NCBI GenBank assembly: GCA_000934665.2
Contig: JYFJ02004290.1
Location: forward strand, 1-33,305
From: Catajapyx aquilonaris
Taxonomy: Eukaryota
DNA length: 33,305 nucleotides
Direction: 5' to 3'
The position numbers and the translations under genes are program-made. The notes below the pieces were generated by a model. It made no database searches, was not told the origin of the DNA, and saw only the letters and a program-made list of their open reading frames with translations. Every line of letters starts with the position of its first letter. Position 1 is the stretch's first letter. Below, piece after piece: positions 1 through 10,500 of this stretch.

Positions 1-93
1 GGGGGGGGAACGGAGAGGGTGAGGAGATGAGAACATGGGGAAGGCAGGAGGAGTACCAGCATAACTGATGGAAATTCAAAGTAAAAATTAAAG

Positions 94-557
94 TAACCCG
101 TGTTAAAAATGCCGCATCTGGTCAGCAGCAGCAGACTTTTTGAAAATAATTTTTTTTAGCATTTAGACTCAAAAAAGTACCGTTTTCAGATTTATTCTGG
201 TGTTTGTTTGACAAGCTCTACCAGCATACCAAATTTCAGCATCCTAGGACCACTGGAAGTGCCGTATAATTTTGATGATCAGTCAGTGAGTGAGTGAGTG
301 AGTGAGTGAGTGTCATATTTTGACCGTTTCAGTAGTTTTTAGGATTTTTTAAGTCGGAAATGAAAAGAGATATGAACATGGAAGTAAGGGGGCATTATTT
401 TAAATCGATTTTTATCTACCCAAATAAAAATTTTGAAGCCACGTATGTTCACCAGTGCGAAGATTCGAGGGGGTCAAAATGACGTGAGTTGTGTCGGGTA
501 AAGGTGGTCCGGCAGTGCGGCGAGAACTTGGCGGGGGCACTGCCGTGCCCCCTAATA
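94..557 (+). mobile_element. Non-autonomous Helitron/DINE-like interspersed repeat (boundaries approximate)
   Basis: Contains a CCAAATTTCA core, an internal (AGTG)n microsatellite at about 285-312, and a GC-rich subterminal hairpin GGGGGCAC-TGCC-GTGCCCCC at 533-552. This layout is typical of arthropod Helitron/Helentron-derived elements. Family assignment is inference. Confidence 0.4.
285..312. repeat. (AGTG)n microsatellite
   Basis: Seen directly; about 7 units. Confidence 0.9.
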
Positions 558-914
558 TGGTACAGCTTAAATCAATTGGTGAAGGTCTTACGTGCACCTG
601 CCTTGTTTCAGTACCTTCATTCCGCCACGGAGGTCTTACTACCCTTTTTTTCACTGAAGGGAATGTTTTTGCTCTTATATCAGTGACTTTGTCCCTGTAT
701 TGGCCAGTTGGGGAGGGGAGGCGGGGAAAGAAGGCAGTATAAGGAGGAATGAGGGTTCAAGAAGATAGCACACTGTGGTGGCTAATGTTTTACTGTGCAG
801 AGAAAATAGAGAAGAGTCGAGTTGTTTTTCTCAAGTGCAGTGGAGTGGAATTATGGCAGCCAGAAAAGACTACAGGGCGTTTCACTATAGGTATAGTTCC
901 TCCAAAGAATCAAC

Positions 915-1155
915 CGAGGGGTTAGTCACTCGGGAACACCGGTGTACACTTCGAGTAGAGCACCACTCCGGTGTTCCCCGGTGTTCCAGAGGATTCTGGA
1001 CTAATTATTGAGGGACATCGGGTGTGCCGGCAACACACGGGAAATTACGACGGAAATTACCGGGGAGCACCTGCGGGAACACCGACAGAACACCCGAGAA
1101 CACCGGGTAGTTGGAACACCAGTGTACACTTTTTGGTCTAGTGACTAACCCCTCG
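915..1155. mobile_element. MITE, 241 bp, with 16-bp TIRs and an 8-bp TSD
   Basis: TIRs CGAGGGGTTAGTCACT (915-930) and AGTGACTAACCCCTCG (1140-1155). Flanked by GAATCAAC at 907-914 and 1156-1163; an alternative reading is a 17-bp TIR with a 6-bp TSD AATCAA. Internal GGAACACCRGTGTACACT repeats. Confidence 0.85.
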
Positions 1156-1199
1156 GAATCAACTCTAGTTTCCTGCCCACTCTACCTAAAAACATGATG

Positions 1200-1495
1200 T
1201 TTGGTTTACAACTTACCTTAGTTCATGGGAATGCATCACCATTCCCAATAAATGCTGGAATTGACTATATTTTTCCATCAACAAAATGCAAACTTCCAGT
1301 TTCACTCCAGCAGCCAAAAGCACCCTCCACATCATTATACATTTGCTGTATGTTTCAGCCTTTGCAATTATGCAATCAGGATTAAAAATAATAATGATGC
1401 CTCCCTCTTGGTGCATAGAATGGGTCACACAGTCTCGGACCAGCAGAGATGAAATACGAATTATTATCATAAACATTGGGCTCGTTCACCCATAA
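1200..1495 (-). pseudogene. Degraded Tc1-type transposase fragment
   Basis: Reading the minus strand across frameshifts gives FNPDCI...IMMW/GCF...GSLHFVDGKI...HLL. This matches the Tc1 motif 'DC...VMVWGCF..G.G.L.F.DG....Y..IL'. Stops and frameshifts are present. Confidence 0.5.
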
Positions 1496-2222
1496 TTATT
1501 TCAAGTTTTGCTGTATCATACAGAGACTGAGAGAGAGAGAGAGTAAAAAGCGCATGCCAAGAAGTTGGAGTATACATGGATTTACACCTGGAGACAATTC
1601 AGACGACGGGAGTTCTTGGAGTCCAGATACGTCGGAGGCACCATCGATGTATCAAAGAATGATTATAGTCGCCGCACATGTTAAGGGCTAGATTTTAACA
1701 ATTTTAAGAGACAAATTTATGTCTAGTTATAAAGCCTTCCTCTCACATTTTCCCTTCTGCCCTGTGACAGATCTCCCTTCCTGGTCATTATCTTGCTGCC
1801 TTTTTACAATGCCGTCAGTTGGTCGGTCGGTTGGCTGATTGGGTCGCTATTCAATCCTAGCTTGTTCAATGTGCAGAAGGAGCTAATATGACGTCAACAC
1901 ATGCACTTCAACCAAATGAAGAAACTGTACTTTTCCGTTTGCTGATAGGCTACCCACTATGCATATTTTCTGGAACAGGCCTACCCTTATCGTAACAGTC
2001 AACAATCCCACCTGTCACATTTTCATGGAGTAAACAGTGTCAACAATGACTGCATTACCATGGAGTAACAATAAAGTGTAGGCCTGTTTCAGAAAATATG
2101 CGTAGTTGGTATTAGCAAACGGAAAAGTACCAACGAAACATATCTGCCGCTTGCATCGATTTGAATTGCTCGCCATTCTGAGCCCATTCACCTGTCCGAC
2201 AGGTGTCTCTCTGGTCGTTTCC

Positions 2223-2236
2223 GTTGCTAAGGGAAT
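2223..2236 (+). promoter_or_regulatory. X-box (RFX)-like motif upstream of RABL2
   Basis: GTTGCT-AA-GGGAAT resembles GTNRCC-N(0-3)-RGYAAC, with an imperfect second half-site. It lies in a CpG-retaining stretch about 300 bp before the ATG of a ciliary gene. Confidence 0.35.
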
Positions 2237-2521
2237 GAAACAATCAATATTCACCCCCTTAGTCCTTTTTTTATATATGTATACCTAGGTTAAGTATTAA
2301 TGCCGATTTTTCGGCGCAAGGGGGCGCAACATGAGAGTTGCCACGTACTTTTAACGTCACTTCACCAAACCCCGGACTCAGGATAGCCTTTCTGAAAGTG
2401 GACCAAGCATTTATTAGACAACTTGAGAGGACTGCCCTGTATATTCGCCCTAGGTGTCTCTTAGGGCACAAGCACAACCTGAGGAACGGGGAATACAAAT
2501 TGATACATTTGTATATTCATT

Positions 2522-5500
2522 ATGGCCAGCGAGGAAAATGGTGCTGAGATTGACTACGATGAGACAACCAAGAATGGAGAGCTGGCAGTTAAAGTCATCT
2601 GCTTGGGGGACAGTGCTGTTGGAAAATCCAAGTTAGTATTCAGTACTCTTAAAATATTGTAGCATCGATTTCATGTGTTCACGCGTCCTTCTAAGGACAT
2701 GGTGACCCCATTCAATCGATGATTTGCAGGCGTGTTTAAGCCGGCCTTATTTTACCCGTTCTGACCTTAGCTGTATAGCCTACACAGAGTTTGAAATCGT
2801 ACTGCTTTTTATAGCGGTATCATGGGTGTTGCTTTGCGATATTATTTAGTGCTTGGTTACAACGTCTAAAAAAGTGTAATAATTCCTTAACACACACATC
2901 CGATGGGTCTGATGTTCCTACGAAAACTTGCGTAACAACCATATTAATCTGGGACGATCTATACCTTGCAATGTGATCTGGAAGTTTCCAAAGTGGAACA
3001 CTCTAGTCTTTTTCAGATGCAGTTCTCTTTTTGAGTAGAGTTTATCAGAGAGTAGATTAGAGATTAGATTTACCATGATTCGAATCTGAAATTTCCTATT
3101 ATATGGGGGATTCACCCGCTAAACGTATAGGAGACTCGCCGAATAAGTGTCCCGAAATACAGTATATAGATATAGTAATAGGCTAATACAGTCGAATCCG
3201 GATATAACAGACTTCACGGAAAAAGTATGTTATAACTAAAGTCCGGATTTTAGGCACGGAAAACCCCGAAATATGAACGAAAAAACCTCAAATAGGCACA
3301 CAATTTTTACTTTTTCGGGCGTATGTTACAGAAAATAAAAGAACTATAATAATTTTATAGGCCTAAAGTATAAATATAAGGTCACAAGCCATAGCAAAAA
3401 CCGAATAACAACGATAAACTGACAGGAAATCACGACACTTGGGCAAAAGACACAAAGTTCAAGCAAGTATCACTTCCTCTTGACTCTATACCGCTTAGCG
3501 CCAGTTTCCACTTGCACAATATGTTGTCAAATATTTTTCTGAATTTTCCTGTGATTGGAACAATCAGAGGAAAATTTAGAAAAATACGTATTTGGCATAC
3601 GCGTCACGGAAACATGATCCGTATTACTTCCGAACGATTTAGGTCCTTTCAGGAGCACAAAAAAATACTCATCAGCAAAAAAGCCAACCATGCCTCTGAA
3701 GTAAGTAGGCCCAAAAAGTCCCTAAATTGCTTCAAAAAGTTCACAAACTATCCCCAAAAAGGCCAAATAGACATGAAAAGTCGCATAAAGGCAGAATAGG
3801 CCAAACAGTTCTCAAAACCACGGAATAGGCAAATTTAGGCACCATAAAACCTACATTTTCCACATCCTGCACTTATGAAACAGATAGATCTCTTCACAAA
3901 ACCATCCCAATTGTTAAGAAACTAAATAGACATGTGCCAAAAAATCAGGACTCTAGTTATAACCGAGGTCTGTTATATAGCCAAATAGCCATTTTGGCAG
4001 CGAATAGGGCCTACACAAAATTTTCTGCTTTCCATATGCTTATAATTCACACTACTACATACTGATTAATGGAACTGTCCACAAAATGCGAAATTAGCTC
4101 ATACGTAAATTACGCGGGGGAAAATAATCCGTAATTTTCTCCTGCCGCGACCTTGTTGCCAAATATATGGTACCAGAAAAAGCATGAATTTGACCTTTTC
4201 GGCAAGTGTTAGATCAGTTGCAGATGCGAAAATCACCCCCTCTCCAGTATACAGTGACAATGTTATGTGTATGGAACGTATGAAAATCGGAGTATAGTAT
4301 TCCCCTAAGCTATATTTACCAGGTTCACTGCTTTATCATGTGGTGCATTCTATAAAAAAACATTGCTTAAGTTATACACTGTTACTAACAGACTGCCTTT
4401 CTTTCCTTCATTTAGACTAGTTGAGAGATTTTTACTAGATGGCTACAAACCACAACAGCTCTCCACCTTTGCATTAACATTGTACCGGTACAACAGCACA
4501 GTAGATGGAGAGCCTGTATTGGTTGGTAAGTCTTAAACCACCCTTGTTTATGTGTGTTGAATATTTCAAACTGTCCAATACGAATTTTCTAGACTTTTGG
4601 GACACAGCAGGCCAGGAGCGCTTCCTCTCCATGCATCCATCATACTACCATCAAGCCCACGCATGTATCATGGTCTTTGATGCCACTCGCAAGATCACTT
4701 ACAAAAATCTTACAAGATGGTATGAGGAGCTGCGACAGTATAGGCCGGAAATACCTTGCTTCTGTGCTGCCAACAAGATAGATGGTATGACTACTCATTC
4801 TGCACTTAGGACCGGTTGTATCAATACAAATCGGGGGAAATCTCCGATTAGTAGTTTATAGGTGTTTAAAATACATAATCCCACACAATCGAAGATTGAT
4901 ACCTTAATTTGAGTTGATACAATTTGCTTTTTAAAAGTAACAGAGTAGGATGGACTTTCATAATGGGAGACCGAATGTGGAAGGGGTAGGGGCACGCTGC
5001 ATCAACCTACCCCATGACCTAACCTTCCTTCCCAGCGGATACACGCCTATCCTTAGCAGATACACGCTATCCTTCAGCAGATACACGCTTATGAAAGTAG
5101 GTAAAAGTGCCAGATCTCCTGTTATGAAAGAGTAGCCGCACAGAGTATGATCGAGTGTGATGCACTTTTCAAGGCACTACTTAACGATATAGCTTCAGAC
5201 TGAAGAGCCTCCATATCCTCGAAATGTACACTTAAATAAATCGACCTAAAAACTTTTCCATCCTAGCTACCACGTCTTTGTTGATACGCGTGATTGAATC
5301 GCCCTGCATGGGTGGTTTCTAAACGCACATCATCATGTTCATTTCCAAGGATATCTACAAATTCATATCAATAACCAGAAAATATGCAGACCTTCTCTTT
5401 CTTCCCAAGACGATATTGTGTATACTGTACACAACGTACTGTACGCTAATATATTTTTTTCGACGAGTTAGGTCCACGAGTTTTCAAACTCCCCAGTTAG

Positions 5501-6127
5501 TGAGGCAATTTATTTTAAAAGCAGGTTATGAGCTGATTTAATATCAGTTAACTTAAATGTCAAGTGATGTGGCAAATATCAGAAGGAAGGAACATGAAGA
5601 GTTTCGGCAAATGAAATGCCAAAGTTGAGGCGCACGAGACTTTCATTAATTTTGTAGCTACTTGTCTGAATTTGTCTTCTCTTTGGTAATGCAACGTAAT
5701 GATCTGGATTTGCCTTGAAACGTTACATAAAGCCAGAACGATTTAAAAACCTTTTCATGAATCGGGTTGATGGTGTGGTACCAATATCATTACAATGAAC
5801 ATTGCGTTAATTGCATATTGTAGCACCACCAGCTTGTACAGAATACATCTTAATGGAACATTGTAACTGTTGTAGCAAATATGGAGATAACGAAGAAGCA
5901 CTTCGGCTTCCCTCAAAAGCAGAAGATACCTCTATATTACGTGTCTGCATCAGACGGAACTAATGTGGTCAAGGTATGTGCTGCTTATAATATGGTGTTT
6001 AACTTCCTAATTTAATTCTTTCCTAACTCCACAGTTGTTCCGAGATGCCATCCATGCTGCGGTCAAGTACAAAAAGAATCCAACCGACTTCACTGACCAG
6101 GTTTTAGAAGAGCTTGAGAATATATGA
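2522..6127 (+). CDS. RABL2: Rab-like protein 2 (ciliary/IFT small GTPase), 200 aa; exons 2522-2631, 4416-4525, 4593-4784, 5876-5973, 6035-6127
   Basis: Spliced translation MASEENGAEIDYD...VKVICLGDSAVGKSKLVERFLLDGYKPQQLSTFALTLY...DFWDTAGQERFLSMHPSYYHQAHACIMVFDATRKITYKNL..WYEELRQYRPEIPCFCAANKID...LYYVSASDGTNVVKLFRDAI...DFTDQVLEELENI*. The G1, G3, G4 and G5 motifs and RABL2-specific strings are present, with no prenylation Cys. All introns are GT-AG with matching phases; total 603 nt. Confidence 0.95.
3189..3985. mobile_element. pogo/Tigger-like MITE (left part), interrupted by a hAT element
   Basis: TA|CAGTCGAATCCGGATATAACAGACTTCA matches the copy at 18288. Homology resumes after 3956 (GTTATAACCGAGGTCTGTTATA). 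Right TIR not found. Confidence 0.6.
3237..3955. mobile_element. Non-autonomous hAT-like element, 719 bp
   Basis: Left end TAAAGTCCGGATTTTAGGCAC; right end GTGCCAAAAAATCAGGACTCTA (imperfect inverted repeat). Exact 8-bp TSD GTTATAAC at 3229-3236 and 3956-3963. Confidence 0.75.
5033..5089. repeat. Short tandem repeat, ~21-bp unit CAGCAGATACACGCTATCCTT, ~2.7 copies
   Basis: Seen directly in RABL2 intron 3. Confidence 0.8.
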
Positions 6128-6959
6128 ATGTACACCACAATGAAAAGTGAACTTCATAAATTTTGCTATAATCCAACTGTGATAATATAATCAATCACGT
6201 ATGTACAGTACACATCTCAAACACTGGTGCAGTACATATGTTGGGGTATATAAAATGTGCCTATGCCACTATTATGCCAGTGTGGTTAAGATAAACTCAA
6301 CACATCATGCCACAAATAATTGTTATTTTAAAATTAAGACCTTGAAAAATTGTGACACTGTTTCATGTAGGACTATTTCATTCAGTATAGGGTAATATTG
6401 TGAGTTCATGTTTTGAAAAAGCAACATTAGGATTTAGTTGGTTTTTACTAATTTACAGACAGTTCATTTTATTGATAATGACAATTTCCAGCATGTTGCT
6501 TGGAGAGTTTATTGTGAGCTGCTTGGCCTAGTCATGTAAAGGTTACATTTGTGTGAGTAGACGAGGAATAGATGCCTGTATAATATTGTTTACGTACATA
6601 GTGTGGGTTTTTTGGACGCACCATTTTTTGTATATATGTACCAAGTGCCTCGCATAAATTATTAGTAAATACACCCAATGTATGTTCATCTAACTCCTTT
6701 TTAAAACATTCCTGATATTGAAAAGTCGGGTTTCAAGTACATGTGATTTTTCAAGTGTAAATTCAATGTGATGTGTGTGTTTGTAAAATATAAACGTCCA
6801 CAATTTGCGTCACAGTTTTATTTTGGAACCTATCCCTTAGGCCTACAGTATTCTTGGAAGTTGCACGAAACTTAATAACATGGTGAACATGTTTTTTTTT
6901 TCTCTCTCGCCCTCTTTCCCCTACTTTAACCCCCCCCCCCCCTTTTTTTTTGCCATATC

Positions 6960-7236
6960 GGCTCCGAATAAGGTGAAGGTCGTGGTTACGCAAAACGCAG
7001 CCGTTTATTATTGGCCTGAGCGCAACTGCACAGGCAGGCTATGAGCCTCTGAATAATAAAACCCGCAAAGGTCAGATCGACCGCCTTAACGATACTATCA
7101 CTAACTGCTATTTGTATAGTTATCAGCTGAACTTTTCTATCCAATCGATAGCAGTTATTTCCAAGATGGTAGCTGAGTGACCCTAGAGAAGTCTGCTAAT
7201 TCTTTTGCTTATTTTCTGCAGAGGCTGGGAATTAAG
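6960..7236 (+). promoter_or_regulatory. Putative housekeeping-type promoter and non-coding first exon of BORCS5 (donor AAG|GTCAGT at 7237)
   Basis: Local CpG-rich stretch, E-box CAGCTG (7124-7129), DRE-like AATCGATA (7143-7150) and a good donor site. The next + strand coding exon has an acceptor at 13819 just upstream of the BORCS5 ATG. Inference. Confidence 0.5.
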
Positions 7237-7536
7237 GTCAGTAATATGTCAGGTTTTTTTAGTTATGTTCGTTTGAGTTAGGGCTAGTGTGGGTGTAGCT
7301 TGCGTATACAAGTATTGACGGCCCTATGTCCTTTGTCAGATATGGGATGTAAATAATGACGCAATTCCATGTAGGAATAGTGGTTGTCAGATAATGCAGC
7401 AGTCTCTCTACTCAGAATGTGTCTGGGGGGACTGAAAATCAATTGGCATAAGGTGATGTAAAACCATTGTTACAGGATAGAAGGCATTGGTGTTGGACTC
7501 AATTTTTAGTGCAATTGTGAATTTTTTATTTGATCA

Positions 7537-10500
7537 TTATCCCAACATTTGTGTCATGCATGGGTTTTGTTTGTAGAAGAGCTTGAAACCAGCTCCAGTG
7601 TCCATTCCATTGGTACGTACTGGGATCACAAATGGGCCTTGACTGAGATCTGAAATTAATAGTCCAAGTATTAGTAATGTGTAGCCTATAATTATGACTC
7701 GAGAGTAGTTGGCCTCTATTTCCTTGAATAATTTGCTCTCACATATCCCCAGCCGAAGACGTCATATTCTTTTGAAGTGAATGTATGTTGTATGTTATGT
7801 ACAAGTAACATCAAAGGCCTATGACGTAGCACTGGATAATAGTGTTGGAGCAGAGAACGATGGATTTCCAGTTACCCAGTGGAGACTTGTTACATGAATT
7901 GTGTCTATCATTTTTCCTGCTGCATTACTTCCAATCAACAGTGATCATTTTTCACTCTCAAAAAAGCAGATTTGCTCTACCTCCATAGAAACAAGAGCCA
8001 ACAGGAATTTGCATTACGAGCCAACTTTGATGTGCTTTCATACCATGGACTTAATGTTAGAAATATACATGATTTTTGTCAGTTAAAATGTTTTGGGTTT
8101 AAAGGTATTGGTTTTGGTTTGTTCTTTTTCGCGCATTTTACAAAATCCATGGCCGTGTTTTTGCTCCCTCTCCAGGAAGATGGAGAGGGGGCGTGGCCTC
8201 TACCCGAGCGTTTTTGGTGCCTCTCCAGAAAGTTGGAGAGGGGGGAAAAGGGGGGTGAAGTGGGCGGAGCTCTCCACAAATTCCCCAAAAGTGTCTTCTC
8301 TCCTCGGAGGTGGAAGAGACTTTCTGGAGAGGGGGCTGGAGCGGAGGGAGGGCGGGAAGCGGGTGAAGGTTTAAGAATTAAACGTCACCAAGGATTTGGT
8401 TGCAGAATTAAACCTCCTTGGGCCCAGGGTCCTCGCCTCGCGCTCTTCTCAACTGTTTTGAGGGCCTTCTCCCCTAGCTACACCATTCCGCCCGTTTTTG
8501 GGTTTAATAGTGGAGAGGGGGGATGTGGGGGATATTTCGGAAGCCCCGCCCTCTTCCACCTCTCCTCTCCATCTTCCTGGAGAGGGACCAAAAACACCCC
8601 CCATATGTTTTCAGAATTTGATGCTTTGTTTTCATTTTATTTCGTACTTTTAAAAATTGATTGGGTAGGGAATTGGACCCACTTAACTGATATCAAGCAT
8701 TATGTACAGGGTGACCCGAAAGTCTGGACACAGGTAATTGTATTGTTGGTTAACAACTGGCAACCAACAATGCAATACAATTACCCAAGATGTGTCCAGA
8801 CTTTTGGGCCACTCAACATAACCAACTAATACATTTTACAACCACTAAAAGTAACTATGCAAATTAACTGCTTAAGAATAACCAGTTTGGTGCCAAAAAA
8901 TAACTAAAGCATTCATTTCAGTTGGAACACCCTGCAAGTAGAATATTTGAGTTTGACAACTGCATGTTATTTCAACTTGGTTTACTGACCAATATGAGTC
9001 TAAAACCACAGAATATCTGATGCAGTCAGGTATTATGAAAAATGATATACATACCAGTAACAGGTGCATTTTGATCGAAAGATGCTCCTGTGGATGCGTC
9101 GTTTAAAATGTCACCACAGAGTCGAATCCCATTGATAATAATGAAATCGTCTGGACAATCACGAACCCCAATTCCAGCCTGTCCTGGCGGAATGTTGGGC
9201 ATGCCCATTTCTGAAGCAGGTACATAAGGAAATAACACATAACTGAATAAAATCACAACAAAAGAGAGCCTTACCATCTCTGTTGACAATCTGGAATGGG
9301 TAAGAGAACCCTTGATTGTCGACATTTGCATAAGTGATGGAGCAGAATCCCCTTTCTTTCCGGATGCATATAGCATAGTTCAAGTTGTTCAGGTAATTTT
9401 GGTCCCCGTTCAGCCGGTAGTTAAAGCTTTGAACCATGCCTACTATGCCAGAGTAGCTCTGCAGGCAGTGTTGAGGGACACCACTGGGCCGCCAGATGTC
9501 AAACTGAGTCACCTTGATTCTCCATGAGCGAGGGGTCATATCGGGGTTGGCCATAACAGTTAATCTCAGTGGACCTGGATTACTGTCCGAGTCTATATAT
9601 ACTGGAAGAAACCTCTTTTAACATTTTATTTATCACATATTAGGGGTCCATTAAAAACTTGTGCTACTGCCAGATGACGCATCAGTTCTGTCTGACTAGT
9701 GTGAATGCAATTCACTTTTCAAAATATTGCATTCCTAGTTTTATATCCCTAATTTACAGAATATTGTTTTTGATTTTTGTACACTTCCCTCTCCTCTTTC
9801 AATGTAGGCCTAACATTATCATGTTTCAAAAGTAAGTAACTAACTACATGGCCATAAAATTTTGGAAAGAAATTTCCCCAAATATCAACATAGCCACTTG
9901 ATGGCCCGGATATTTTACTCCTACCGCACACAAACATATACCGGTATTGGTAAAAAGTGCAACTGTCACATCTTTTTGTACCAACTGATACCTGATTCAT
10001 ATATCTGTGCAATACCAAACAAGTTTTAATCACACATGAGCCTACCTTAATCATTCAGTGAGATCATTTTCCTTCCCACTCGATACTCCCTCTCACAGGA
10101 GTAAAATATTGAAACCATATGTGTACCTTTTTTATGCGCCTACTGCTGGACGATCTGGTGCAACATGTCATGTCAACATGAATGTTGGTGGCCACGTTTT
10201 AATAGAGATATCCCTGGTATACAGACTTGCCCTGTGTCACTTTAATATCAGTACACTGACCAATCAAAATTATATCCCTTTAATGATTCCTTATTTAGGA
10301 AGATGTTTGGCTATATGAGTAAATAGCAGTGACAACTATGAAGAGTGCTATTCCCGTCTCTAATGAACACCAACTTTTAGCTTTATGGTGGATATTATGG
10401 TGGATAATTTCATGGCTAACTTTAATATGCATAGAAAGTTTTGACGGTGGTGTGGCAGATAAATGGCCAGTATTCCTAGAAAGGAAAACTAATCAATATT

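Noticed and set aside
1213..1476. Possible exon of a gene divergent from RABL2 (87-aa ORF ending near a GTAAG donor)
   Set aside because: Better explained as a frameshifted Tc1 transposase relic.
5200..5240. Hammerhead-like CTGAAGA...GAAA (also minus-strand CTGATGA...GAAA near 29885-29906)
   Set aside because: Stem II does not pair beyond one base pair, and no correctly placed UH cleavage site or stem I could be built.
7577..7612. Apparent + strand micro-exon (AG...GTACGT)
   Set aside because: It lies within the last coding exon of the minus-strand CUB gene; the splice-like sites are probably coincidental.
7972..8829. Longest ORF in the track (285 aa)
   Set aside because: It starts at TTG, runs through two MITEs in an intron, is low-complexity and has no recognisable domain.
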